Shown: positions 12,601-25,605 of the stretch, in pieces
How positions within the stretch are numbered: position 1 is the first letter of the stretch
Layout: every line of letters begins with the position of its first letter
Source: Squalus acanthias
Taxonomy: Eukaryota
DNA length: 64,000 bases
Direction of reading: 5' to 3'
Assembly (NCBI GenBank): GCA_030390025.1
Contig: CM059452.1
Coordinates: forward strand, 7,192,001-7,256,000
The notes under the pieces: model-generated
Seen by the model: only the letters and a program-made list of their open reading frames with translations
Database searches by the model: none
Told to the model about the DNA's origin: nothing
Program-made: the position numbers and the translations under genes

Positions 12601-13231
12601 AACCTCAGGCTATAGAGGAATGTAGAATTAAAATGCACCTTTTGAACGAACAGAGTTTCCAACGATTGTTCTGAATAAATAATTCCTGAAACCATAACAT
12701 CTCACATTTCTCTATTCTGCTCCTACACATACACTGAATCAATGTTCTTGTTGGAAACTGATACAAGTTAATTATGTTCAGAGCATTGCCATAACAAATA
12801 AATATACAAGATTATAAATCACATCTGATCTCTTACCCAGCCCCCTTGACCGTCTCCAAATAAGTAGCTATCTAAACCTATCGTTAAAATAATCGATATC
12901 AATCAGTAAACTTCCCTCGATATTTCATCATATTATTTCCGAACAATGGATTGTACGAAATTGATGCAAAATCAATGAGCCTGTGTCATTGAAGAAAAAA
13001 CTGTCATTTTTTCCAACACGGACTATAGGAGGATCATAAAGGAAGAGCGACTGTGGAGTTTGGAACAGAGATAGATTGCTGAGAGTGATTAACTTAACAC
13101 AAGATATACATTGAAAATTCAATTAGAGAAAAAACTAATACCTTAAGGAAAAGAAGAGAATATATAATAATAATATGATATCTTGGATTAATAAAGGATC
13201 TGAATATATTTCCTCCTCTACATCCCCGTAG

Positions 13232-13359
13232 ATTCCTCAGACCACATCTTGATTGAAGACTATGAGGAAGAGAGCGGCAACATCTGGACAACCGCTTCCA
13301 CATTCATCATCCTGTTCTTCCTGAGCATGTCCTACAGCGCTGCCGTCACTCTAGTGAAG
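13232..13359 (+). CDS. IGHM: IgM TM1 exon
   Basis: cgtag|..|gtgag; DSSDHILIEDYEEESGNIWTTASTFIILFFLSMSYSAAVTLVK (CART-type TM). Confidence 0.95.
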
Positions 13360-13499
13360 GTGAGAAGATTCAATCCACTCACAATTCGATCAAACTGAAG
13401 CGGTTTGACAAATCTCTAAAAGTTTCATTGATAAAAACCCTGAGATAAATGCCCCAAACCACTAAATCTCTGCTTCATTCTTTTATCCCTCTTTTACAG

Positions 13500-13508
13500 G
13501 TCAAGTGA
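13500..13508 (+). CDS. IGHM: IgM TM2 exon (VK*)
   Basis: ttacag|GTC AAG TGA; AATAAA at 13572. Confidence 0.92.
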   Translation, partial: VK

Positions 13509-14354
13509 ACGGTTGAATTTCGGACGCCGTGGATTTTCCTCATCTGTTTATTAACATCTCTGTGTCCTGAAAATAAAATATATCCTCTTGGTGATTCTCA
13601 GAGTCAAATGTCTTCAGTTAATAGATCCGAATCTATAGCTGAGAAAATCATAACCGGGATTTCCGTCTCTGTGTTTGAAATGTGTGAGATAATCGTGGCT
13701 ATAATGTAAATGTATCTCAGAGTTTCACCGTTGTTTGAATATTTCATGTGTAAATAAGTCACTTTTCTCATTCCTAATTGACAATTGTTCCCTTCCCTTT
13801 ATGTTGAGCCCCTGTTTTCTCTCCCTGGTGTCTGTTACAGTTGTACAGATAACTGGCAGCTCAGACCGCCTGTGTTCAGGTCTCAATGTGACGCTCTGTT
13901 GTTATATTCACTTTGTGTTAACTTTTTAAAAACTTCACTGTAAATTGTTCTCTGTGAAATTGTTAATAAATCTGGAATGACAAATTGACTAACTTGGACT
14001 TTGCTGAATTTCTTTCTCCAAGGCTGCTCCATACCGCTCCATTTTCCCTATCACACTTTGTTTTATTTCCCTGACAGGTATTTTTCACCCGTCCTGTCTG
14101 GGTTGTGTTTAAACCCAAGTCCCTTCGGTTAAGGAGCCACTGCGCCACATAGTGCCCCATCAGAGTAAAGACACCTTTACCCCTGCCTTTTTATGTCAAG
14201 ACCCAGAGGCGGAATGACTGCATAGCGACCAACAGCGACCAGGCGCACCTCGCAGTCTTCTCTAATATTATGGTCTGTAACAGTGACATGCCAGGTTCTA
14301 ATAAAGAGCAGGGCTCTGCTCCATCACAGTTTGATACATTACCGTACATGGCAG

Positions 14355-14550
14355 AGTAAATCTCCCTCTACACTGTCCCATCAAACACTTCCAGAGCAGG
14401 TACACACTTGTTAGATACAGAGTAAAGCTCCCTCTACACTGTCCCATCAAACACTCCCAGGGCAGGTACAGCATGGGTTAGATACAGAGTAAAGCTCCCT
14501 CTACACTGTCCCATCAAACACTCCCACGGCAGCTGCACACTTGTTAGATA
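14355..14550 (-). repeat. 67-bp repeat, ~3 copies, inverted relative to 380-1550
   Basis: Reverse complement of the same unit. Confidence 0.92.
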
Positions 14551-15649
14551 TCTGACACAGACACACTGGGGAGCACAAATCCTGGAAATGATTCTCAGAG
14601 TCTGGGGCCTATCCGGCACACAGGCTCTCTCTCCAGCTTTTCTGTTATACACACTCAGGCACTCTTCACTTTACTGTTATAAACACAGAGATTCTGTTTC
14701 CAACTTCTCTGTTATAAACACAGACTCTCGAACTTCCCTGTTACACATTCACTCTTTCTCTCCACCTATTCTGGTGTATACGCACACAGACACCCAGGGC
14801 AGAGAGGAAAGAAGGAGAGATTGTATTTGAGGGAGAGGGGATTAGGATCACGCGGTGTCCTCAGGTATATTTGGTCACTGCTGGACACAGGTTGTGTGAC
14901 AGTCGGACAAAATCAAATTCTGATGGAATATCGTTCTAGTTTTGTTCAGGCCAAGTGAGCGAGTGTAGCCCTCCTCTCGGGGAGGGCGCTATAGAATGTA
15001 TTTTTTGTTTTGGATTAGACCCTTTAATGGAGTCCCGAGTCCAAATGGTCCACACAGACCAATGAAAGAGTAGGCCCAGCACTGGGGTAACCACTTCCAA
15101 CCCTTCTCCAATCTGAGCCACACCCATTTACCCTGACCATCTGTCTCCTGTATCCCTGACGACCTTTCTCCCTGCTCTGCTCCATTCCCTCTTGTACCAT
15201 CTCCATGAACTCAGTGAACATCACTGCTGTGTACCGCCAGTGACCTTCAGATCTCTGATCCCTGTTTCCCTGTAGTTTTGCTCCACGTCCTTAACCGGAT
15301 GCCTCCCCGCCCCGGGAACATCTCCAGAGGTTTCTGGCCAGACCCGAGTATCTTCTGGCATTCTCCTTTTGATGCAGTGCTGCTTTCCCTCTGAGCTCCT
15401 GGAGTCCAGGCGCGAGGTCTCCTGTGGTTGAGTATATGATAGGGTTGAGGAACGGATGAATTAGGCGGCCCTTCTGAAGGGCTGAGAAGGAACATTACAA
15501 ATGGATGGAGTTGCTGTTTAAACTATGTCTCTGCCCCAATTTCTCTCCCTCCCCTCAAAGCGACAAATACCTTCAGCCACCATTGCTGTCTCTCCCGGCT
15601 CTGTATCCTGTCCCCAGGCTCCGAGAATATCGGGTGGTGCAGGGCCCAT

Positions 15650-16060
15650 TGAAGACTTTCCGAGCTGACCCCCCAGGGTCACAGCCCTGGGTCAGGGGTC
15701 ATAGGCTGCACACACGCGGAATCTTTAGCGCTGACCGGAGCCTGGAGACTGCCCGTGACCTCTGACCCTCAATGAATGTGAAAAACAGCCAATCGCGGTG
15801 CTGTGACATGCGAAAAGCATTGTGGCGTCATCCAGTGCAGGGCAAAGCGGTGACGGCCATGTTTGTGTGACGTGCGGTGTGACGTGTGACTTCAATTCCC
15901 ACAAAAGAAACGGTCTCCCTTTCTTAATAAAAAGGAGAAAATATGAGACAGAAATAAAGATACAGACAACAATAATTGAAGCGGTTGGCGAGTTGCGCAT
16001 GTGCGAACAGTGCTCCCAGGGAGCAGCACGGCCCGTGGTCTACATTGGGCCTATTCTGGC
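15650..16060 (+). promoter_or_regulatory. Dispersed promoter-like cassette (CCAAT, TGACG half-CREs, NRF1-like), copy 1
   Basis: AGCCAATC, multiple GTGACGT, TGCGCATGTGCG; homologous to 42750-43210 (-) and 61830-62330 (+). Confidence 0.55.
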
Positions 16061-17184
16061 CCGCTGTGCATTGTGGGAATCACTGTCCTTCATGGCTGCT
16101 TAAATCACTGACAGGGTGTGAGCCAACTGAACCACTGAATAGCAATTTATTACAGCCTCCCTCGGGGAAACTGCCACACAGTCAGAGTTCTCCTTACAGG
16201 CCAATAGCACTTGGTCAGATTTATTGCAGGTTAACTGACGCACGGAAGTTCAATGAGGCAACCAGTGACCGGAACAGCAAGAATAGCGAAAGAGATCAGA
16301 AATCTCTCTATTTTCTCCACAGATCTCCCGAAACATTCAACTAATTTTCTCTTTCATGTCCTCGCCCATTCGGTTGTGGGTTTCCAACACCTCTGTTTTC
16401 AAGCTTGGAAAGTGTCATCTAAATATAGTGAAACTAAAATAGAGTAATGGGTCGGAGGATTTCCCGAGCACCCCAATACATTAAATACTTGGTTTTGAAG
16501 GAATACACGAGATGAAATAACACACACAGGCAGAATATGGGAACCAGATCCTGTCCCATTAACGGAGCGACCAGCAGGAGGTTCCTGGCCCTGTCAGCAA
16601 CCTCTTTCTCGGAGCTGATCTTAACATTATTCACTGACCTGTCTGCAGTTCCTGTTTATGGGAAGCTGGGTTAGAGCGGTTCTGAATTAATATGCCGTGC
16701 AGCAGTAAAGGTTTTACATCGTTAAACTAAAGACTGGAAGAAGAAAGTCCATACGATTAGTAAAGAGTGGAGACAAGGGATGAGAAGAGACAGGCAGGCC
16801 CGGAAATTACATCAAAAGACAAAAGGTGAGTTGTGGAACCACAGACATGATTGCTGAAGTTCATTTTTAGTATAAATGCGAGTTGAAATCACAAACTAAT
16901 ATAATTCGGCCAGGGGACCTCACCTGTTCTTGTTGAGTGCTGTGTTTTTTTGTACTTTTAAGGAGGTCCGTGTGACTCTCACTGTGGAGGCTGAATTATT
17001 GCTTCTGGTTATCGGTGTGAGAGCGCCCTCTCAGTGTGCGTTTTGGTACACTAGGGACGTTGAAAAGTTACAATTTATGCTCATTGAGGTTCCTTCCAGA
17101 TATTGGGCTTCTGTTGGCCACTGCTTGAAGGAGTCTCCAGAACTCAGTTCTGCAGAAAACATTCCTGGTTTCCCATGGAAACAG

Positions 17185-17745
17185 AATGAAAGTGAGAGTG
17201 AGTGCCCTTGATATCAAGGCAGCATTTGACCGAGTGTGGCATCAAGGAGCCCGAGTAAAAGGGAAGTCAATGGGAATCAGGGGGAAAACTCTCCACTGGC
17301 TAGAGTCATACCTAGCACAAAGGAAGATGGTTGTGGTGGTTGAAGGTCAATCATCAAAGCCCCAGGACATCGCTGCAGGAGTTCCTCAGGGCAGTGTCCT
17401 AGGCCCAACCATCTCCAGCTGCTTCATCAATGACCTTCCCTCCAACATAAGGTCAGAAATGGGGATGTTCGCTGATGACTGCACAGTGCTCAGTGCCATT
17501 CGCAACTCCTCAGAAAATGAAGCAGTCCAAGCCCGCATGCAACAAGACCAGGCAATGACTATCTCCAACAAGCGACAGTCTAACCACCACCCCTTGACAT
17601 TCAATGGCATTACCATCGCCGAATCCCCCACCATCAATATCCTGGGGGGGTGGTGGGGGGTCACCGTTGACCATAAACTGGACCAGCCACATAAATACTG
17701 TGGCAACAAGAGCAGATCAGAGGCTGGGTATTCTGTGGCGAGTTA
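17185..17745 (+). mobile_element. Non-LTR retrotransposon RT fragment (same family as 58620-59850)
   Basis: ALDIKAAFDRVWH, GVPQGSVLGP, FADD. Confidence 0.9.
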
Positions 17746-17769
17746 TCATGAGTGATTTTAATCTACATA

Positions 17770-20523
17770 TAAGAACATAAGAACATAAGAAATAGGAGCA
17801 GGAGTAGACCAATCGGCCCCTCGAGCCTGCTCCGCCATTCAATAAGATCATGGCTGATCTGATCCAACCTCAACTCTAAAGAACACAAGAAGCAGGAGCA
17901 GGACCCGGCCACTCAGCCCCTGGGCCCGCTACGCCACCCACAGGGCCTTGACCGATCCGAACTCAAACTCATGTCCAATTTCCAGCCCGCTCCCCGTAAA
18001 CCCTGATTCCCTTTACTTCTAGGAAACGGTCTATTTCTGTTTTAAATTTATTTAATGAAGTAGCTTCCACAGCTTCCTGGGGCAGCAAATTCCACAGACC
18101 CACTACCCTCTGAGTGAAAAAGTTTCTCCTCATCTCAGTTTTGAAAGAGCAGCCCCTTATTCTAAGATTATGTCCCCTAGTTCTAGTTTCACCCATCATT
18201 GGGAACATCCTCACCGCGTCCACCCGATCAAGCCCCTTCATAATCTTATATGTTTCAATAAGATCGCCTCTCATTCTTCTGAACTCCAATGAGTAGAGTC
18301 CCAATCTACTCAACCTCTCCTCGTATGTCCACCCCCTCATCCCCGGAATTAACCGAGTGAACCTTCTTTGTACTGCCTCGAGAGCAAGTATGTCTTTTCT
18401 TAAGTATGGACACCAAAACTGTATGCAGTACTCCAGGTGCGGTCTCACCAATACCCTATACAACTGCAGCAATACCTCCCTGTTTTTATATTCTATCCCC
18501 CTAGCAATAAAAGCCAACATTCCATTGGCTTTCTTGATCACCTGCTGCACCTGCATACTAACTTTTTGATTTTCTTGCACCAAGACCCCCAGATCCCTTT
18601 GTACTGCAGTACTTTCCAGTTTCTCGCCATTAAGATAATAACTTGCTCTCTGATTTTTCCTGCCAAAGTGCATAACCTCACATTTTCCAATATTGTATTG
18701 CATCTGCCAAGTCTCTGCCCACTCACCCAGCCTGTCGATATCCCCTTGTAGGTTTTTTATGTCCTCCTCACTCTCTTCTTTCCCTCCCATCTTTGTATCA
18801 TCTGCAAACTTTGATATGTTACACTCGGTCCCCTCCTCCAAATCGTTAATATAGATTGTAAAGAGTTGGGGACCCAGCACCGACCCCTGCGGAACACCAC
18901 TGGCTACTGGTTGCCAGTCCGAGAATGAACCATTTATCCCAACTCTCTGCTTCCTGTTAGATAACCAAACCTCCACCCATGCCAGAATATTACCCCCAAT
19001 CCAGTGATTTTTTATCTTGAGTAATAATCTTTTATGTGGCACCTTGTCGAATGCCTTCTGGAAGTCTAAATACACTACATCCACTGGTTCCCTTTATCCA
19101 CCCTGTACGTTATGTCCTCAAAGAACTCGAGCAAATTTGTCAGACATGACTTCCCCTTCATAAAGCCATGCTGACTTTGTCCTATTAAATTATGTTTATC
19201 TAAATGTTCCGTTACTGTCTCCTTAATAATAGACTCCAAAATTTTACCCACCACAGATGTTAGGCTAACTGGTCTATAATTTCCAGCCTTCTGCCTACAA
19301 CCCTTTTTAAATAAGGGTGTTACATTAGCAGTTTTCCAATCTGCCGGGACCTTTGCTGAGTTCAGGGAGTTTTGGAAAATTATTACCAAAGCATCCACAA
19401 TTCCTACTGCCACTTCCCTCAAGACCCTAGGATGTAAGCCATCAGGTCCAGGGGATTTATCCGCCTTGAGTCCCATTATTTTACTGAGTACCAATTCCTT
19501 AGTGATTTTAATCGTATTTAGCTCCTCCCCCACTAGAGCCCCCTGTTTGTCCAGTGTTGGGATATTCTTAGTGTCCTCTACCGTAAAGACTGAAACAAAA
19601 TATTTGTTCAGCATTTTTGCCATCTCCATGTTTCCCACCATTAATTTCCCGGTCTCATCCTCTAAGGGACCTACGTTTGCCTTAACCACCCTTTTTCTTT
19701 TTATATAACTATAGAAACTCTTGCTATCTGTTTTTATATTTTTTGCTAATTTATTTTCATAGTCTATTTTCCCTTTCTTAATCAATCCTTTAGTTACTTT
19801 TTGTTGTCTTTTGAAGACTTCCCAATCTTCTATCCTCCCACTAACTTTGGCTACCTTATATGTCCTTGTTTTTAGTTGGATACTTTCTTTAATTTCTTTA
19901 CTTAGCCATGGATGGCTGTCATTTCTTTTACACCCTTTTTTCCTCAGTGGAATATATTTATTTTGAAAGTTGTAAAATAACTCCTTGAATGAACACCACT
20001 GCTCATGTACCGTCTTACCCTTTAATCTATTTTCCCAGTCCACTTTAATCAATTCTGCTCTCATGCCATCATAGTCTCCTTTATTCAAGCTCAGTATGCT
20101 TGTTTGAGAACCAACCTTCTCACCCTCTAATTGGATATGGAATTCAACCATGTTATGGTCACTCATTCCAAGGGGATCCTTAACTAGGACATTATTAATT
20201 AATCCAGACTCATTACACAGTACCAGGTCCAAGGTTGCTTGCCCCCTTGTAGGATCAGTTACATACTGCTCAAGAAATCCATCCCTAAGACACTCAATAA
20301 ACTCTTCCTCAAGGCTGCTCTGCCCAATTTGATTTGTCCAGTTAATATGATAGTTAAAACCCCCCATAATTATAGCTGTTCCCTTATTACATGCCCAACT
20401 ATTTCCTGATTAATACTTCTTCCAACAGAGTTGCAACTATTAGGAGGCGTATATACTACGCCCACCAGTGTTTTTTTCCCCTTATTATTCCTAATCTCTA
20501 CCCAAACTGTTTCATTATCCTGA
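17770..20523 (-). mobile_element. Young CR1 LINE: partial APE domain + RT + 3'UTR with (TTCTTATG)n tail
   Basis: 430-aa and 371-aa ORFs separated by one frameshift at ~19084. Confidence 0.95.
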
Positions 20524-22552
20524 TATAGATTGGGCTAACCAAATTAGTAACAATACCGTGGAGGAGGAATTCCTAGAGTGTATACGGGATGGTTTCCTGG
20601 ACCAATATGTCGAGGAACCAACTAGAGACCAGGCCATCTTAGACTGGGTATTATGTAATGAGAAAGGATTTATTTGCAATCTTGTTGTGCGAGGCCCCTT
20701 GGGGAGGAGCGATCATAATATGACAGAATTCTTCATTAAGATGGAGAGTGAATTAGTTGACTCAGAGACTAGGGACCTGAATTTAAATAAAGGAAACTAC
20801 GATGGTATGAGGCGCGGGTTGGCTAGGATGGATTGGGGGACGTTACTTAAAGGGTTGACGGTGGATAGGCAATGGCAAACATTTAAAGATCGCATGGATG
20901 AACTACAGAATTTGTTCATCCCTGTTTGGCATAAAAATAAAACAAAAAAGTTGACTCAACCGTGGCTAACAAGGGAAATTAGGGATAGCATAAAATCCAA
21001 AGAGATGACATATAAATTGGCCAGAAAAAGCAGCAAACCTCAGGTTTGGGAGCAGTTTAGGATTCAGCAAAGGAGGACAAAGGGATTAATTAAGAGGGGG
21101 GAAACAGAGTATGAGAGTAAGCTTGCAGGGAACATAAAAACTGACTGTAAAAGCTTCTATATATATGTAAAGAGAAAAAGATTGGTGAAGTCAAGCGTAG
21201 GTCCCTTGCAGTCAGAATCAGGGGAATTTATAATGGGGAACAAAGAAATGGCAGACCAATTAAATACATACTTTGGCTCTGTCTTCACAAAGGAGGACAC
21301 AAATAACCTCCCAGAGATGTCGGGGAACATAGGGTCCAATGAGAGGGAGGAACTGAATGAAATCAGTATTTGTAGGGAAATGGTGTTAGGGAAATTGACG
21401 GGATTGAAGGCCGATAAATCCCCAGGGCCTGATAATCTACATCCTAGGGTACTTGGATAGAGAACTGGTTGGCAGACAGGAAGCAAAGAGTTGGAATAAA
21501 CGGGTCTTTTTTCCGAGTGGCAGGCAGTGACTAGTGGGGTACCGCTGGGATCGGTGCTGGGACCCCAGCTATTCACAATATATATTAATGATCTAGGCGA
21601 GGGAACTAGATGTAATATCTCCAAGTTTGCAGACGACACAAAGCTGGGTGGGCGTGTGTGCTGTGAAGAGGATGCAGAGAAACTCCAGTATGATTTGGAC
21701 AGGTTGGGTGATTGGGCAGATGCATGGCAGATGCAGTATAATGTGGATAAATGCGAGGTTATCCACTTTGTTGGCAAAAACAGGAAGGCAGATTATTATC
21801 TGAACGGCAATAGATTGGGAAAAGGGGAAGTGCAACGAGACCTGGGTGCCCTTGTGCACCAGTCGCTGAAGGTAAGCATACAGGTGCAGCAGGCGGTTAA
21901 GAAGGCAAATGGTATGTTGGCCTTCATAGCGAGAGGATTCGAGTACAGGAGCAATGATGTCTTGCTGCAGTTGTACACGGCCTTTGTGAGACCACACCTT
22001 GAGTATTGTGTGCAGTGTTGGTAGTCTTATCTGAGGAAGGATGTTCTTGCCATGGAGGGAGTTTAGCGAAGATTCACCAGACTGATACCTGGGATGGCAT
22101 GAATGACGTATGAAGAGAGATTGGGTCGATTAGGCTTATATTCGCTAGAGTTTAGAAGAATGAGAGGGGATCTCATTGAAACTTATAAAATTCTAACAGG
22201 ACTAGACAGACTAGAGGCAGGAAGGATGTTCCCGATGGCGGGGGAGTCCAGAACCAGAGGTCACAGTCTAAGGATAAGGGCTAAGCCATTTAGGACTGAG
22301 ATGAGGAGGAATTTCTTCACCCAGAGAGTGGTGAACCTGTGGAATTCTCTACCACAGAAGGCAGTTGAGGCCAATTCATTAAATATATTCAAGAAGGAGA
22401 TAGATATATTTCTTAAGACTAAAGGGATCAAGGGATATGGGGAGAAAGCAGGGACAGGGTACTGAATTTGGATGATCAGCCATGATCTCATTAAATGGCG
22501 GAGCAGGCTCGAGGGGCCGAATGGCCTACTCCTGCTCCTATCTTCTATGCTT
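20524..22552 (+). mobile_element. CR1 LINE (different subfamily), internal RT deletion at ~21452
   Basis: SDHN, KSPGPD, GVPLGSVLGP, KFADD, RRNFFTQRV; stops in 3' part. Confidence 0.93.
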
Positions 22553-22596
22553 CTAAAATGATCTGCTGTTTTCTGTCTAATTCTAAACCAGACACC

Positions 22597-23067
22597 ATGT
22601 GCTCCCCGTGTTCCATACTGATAATAATGGTCGTGCTGTCCAGTGAGTACATGTGTAAATGGTCATTGTGTGTTTCGCGGATTATCCTTACTCCCAGACT
22701 TTTGACACATTCTGTGTTTTGTTACAGGAACGAGTGGCAAAGATTCAGTGTCCCAGGATCCGTCTGAATTAATGGTTCAGCAAGGAAAAAACATTATATT
22801 GAACTGCAGTTACTCGGCAGCTGCTCCAACTCTGTTCTGGTACATCCAGTATCCCGGGAAGCTCCGAGATATTTACTGAGGATATATAGCTCGGGGACGG
22901 TAGACCGGTCTCCAGATTTCCCAGGCCGGTTCTCTGCTGTTTTGCACAGAGACAGCAAAACGGTTCCTTTAAATATCACCGCGGTTCTTGTCTCCGACAG
23001 CGCCGTGTATTTCTGTGCCATGAGCCCCACACTGCTGCAGAGATATAGCGGATCCCGTACAAAAACC
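22597..23067 (+). pseudogene. TCR alpha/delta-type V, frameshifted (leader 22597-22642, V exon 22728-23027, RSS 23028-23067)
   Basis: DSVSQDP..LNCSY..FWYIQYPG, 1-nt loss at GGG ~22856, then DSAVYFCAMS; CACACTG-24-ACAAAAACC. Confidence 0.88.
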
Positions 23068-23324
23068 CACACTGAGAGTTCCAGTTAGTGATCACCAGAG
23101 GGCGCTCTCACATCGATAACCAGCAGCGATAATTCAGCCTCCACAGTGAGAGTCACAGGGAGATTCTTAACAGAGCGACATGTCACAACACTCAACAAGA
23201 ACAGGTCAGGTCCACTTGGGGATCTTTTAGGTGATTTCAACTCGTATTTATAATAAAAATGAACTTCACAAATCATGTCTGTGGCGCCTTAACTCCCCTT
23301 TTGTCCTTTCTCTATTGTGTACAT

Positions 23325-23830
23325 TTCTGGGCACCACACGTTAGGAAGGATGCCAAGGCCCTGGAGAGGGAACAGAGGAGGTTTACCAGGATGATACCAG
23401 GGATGAGGGACTTCAGTTATGTGGAGAGATTGTAGAAGCTGGGATTGTTCTCCTAAGAGCAGAGAAGGTTAAGGGGAGACCTATTAGAATTATTCAAAAT
23501 TATGAGGGGTTTTGACAGAGCAAATAGGGAGAAACTATTTCCTCTGGCAAGTGGGTTGATAACCAGAGGGAATAGATTTAAAATAATTGGAAAAAGAACT
23601 AGAGGGGAAATGAGGAGACATTTCTTCACAAAGAGGGTTGTTAAGATCTGAAAGGCAATGCCTGAAAGGGTGGTGGAATCAGATTTCATGGGAACTTTCA
23701 AAAGGCAATTGGACATGTACTTGAAGAGGACTAATTTGCAGGGTTATGGAGAAAAAGCTGGGATATGGGACTAAACAGGCACGACAGGCCGAATACCCCT
23801 TCTGTGCTGTAAGATTCTATGAATCTATGA
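23325..23830 (+). mobile_element. CR1 LINE 3' fragment
   Basis: Decayed RRLRGDL..FFTKRVV coding plus 3'UTR. Confidence 0.85.
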
Positions 23831-24379
23831 TGCCCATTCCGTGCCTGCCTGCAATATTGTGCAGCCCTTTACTCATCTCCCCTGTCAGTGTCCCGGACCC
23901 ATTGATCGCGGCCTGTACACAGGGTTTATTTGATCAGAGTATGTTGCTGGGTCAGAGACAGTTTATACACAATGAACAGATTTCACAAGGTAGTGATTGT
24001 GCTCTTTAAAACAGGCCCCAAGCACAGAGTTCCCCCAATGTCCATTGTCCTTCAGAATGTCTCTTTAATGCTGGAATATTTTCCGTCACCATTAACAATC
24101 CCTGAGCTTCCGGTTACAATAACCAGACAAGAGTTTCATTCCCACCCCCGGTCTCTAAAAGCGGAACCATTCCCCCAAAAGGACACTGACTGTAGCCCAG
24201 CTCGGGGTGTTTCCATTCACTGGCAGCCAGCTCACCACCTACCGGTCTCACAGCACCACTGGGGACACCAGGAAGTGAGGTGAGAGCATCCTGAGACACG
24301 ACAGCAGATTATTGAGGGCGGGGATTAGAACGGGTGTCTTCAAATATCCAACCCCCCTTTTACAGAGCGGACAGCGACA

Positions 24380-24893
24380 ATGCGGCTACTCAGCATCTGG
24401 GCTGTGTGGGGGGCATTTCTGACAGGTAATTGTGGACCAAACACATTTCATCTTTTCTCTCATTTCTAACATGGTTTGAATCTGAATTTTAAACACCCGC
24501 CGGTCTGATCTTTTCCTGTTTGAACATGTTTTTCAGATCTGAGTCTTGGAGATTCTGTCACTCAGCCGCTGTCCTCAGGAGTTAAGACAGAAGGAGAAGC
24601 GGTGACTGTAAACTGTACCTATGACACTAAATGGAGCACCTTTAATTATTTATATTGGTACCGGAACCACCCAGACACACAGCCCGAGTTTATACTGTGG
24701 AAGGATCATGATGGTGTTGATGGTGTTGAGCATAAAGCAGATTTTGGTAAAACCCGTTTCTCTGCAGAAATCCAGACCTGGACTAAATTCACCAGTTTAA
24801 CCATCTCGGGGCTGCAGCTGACCGACACTGCAGTTTATTACTGCGCCCTGAGACCACACTGATGGAAACCAGTTAAACCCTGGTACAGAAACT
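24380..24893 (+). CDS. TCR alpha/delta-type V, intact (leader 24380-24425, V exon 24537-24854, 23-RSS 24855-24893)
   Basis: MRLLSIWAVWGAFLT|DLSLGDSVTQ..NCTY..YWYR..DTAVYYCALR; CACACTG-23-ACAGAAACT. Confidence 0.92.
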
Positions 24894-25605
24894 CCCGCCG
24901 CTTTGTAGATCAGAGGCTCCGCCTGCTGAAGCCGGATATAAGGCTCACTTTGTGCTGTTTGCGGTTCCGGCCATCCTGAGAACTGTTCCCAAAGTCTCTC
25001 ATTTGTCGGTTGGGTTCAGTCTGTGCAGTTTCCGCGTTGTTTTCCCTGTTACTCACTGGGAACTGTCTCTCCTGAATCACTGCCACCTTCATCTTCAGAC
25101 TATTGACTGTTGCTCTTTTGCCTGTTTTCTGGACAGTTTTCTCTGAGTTTGCGCACCAGCTGGGGAATGGGAGTCTCGCGGGGTCAGAGTTCAGCCGAGA
25201 CTTCTTTGTTCTGAAGGGTTTTTGACTCCTCAATGGTTTATTACATCGTCACTGAATGTGTTCCCTCCGTTCAGTTCATTTCCTGCCGACTGGAGCGCCA
25301 GGTCTGAGTGCGATTCTGACACGGAACGAGAACTGGTTTATATTTGTTTCACTAAGTTTGAAAGTTGAGGTGCCCATTACATGAACAGGGATTGGAAGCA
25401 CCGTCCCATCGAATACCTTATTATCAAATTAGCAACACGATTATTTTTATTAATAATAAACATGATGTTTCCTGTTCTGTACTGTTAGTTGGATAGCGAT
25501 TGATTTGTCAGTTTTTACACAGACACTCTCCTGTGAGAAGTACTGACAGTCCCCGTTTCTCCCCACACTGCCCGCTATCCAGTTGTCCTTGTCACATTCC
25601 GGCAG

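Noticed and set aside
17969-20367. Autonomous active LINE
   Set aside because: 5'-truncated (no ORF1, partial endonuclease) and frameshifted.
22850-22862. Programmed frameshifting in V pseudogenes
   Set aside because: Single-base indels in short homopolymers are better explained by mutation or sequencing error.
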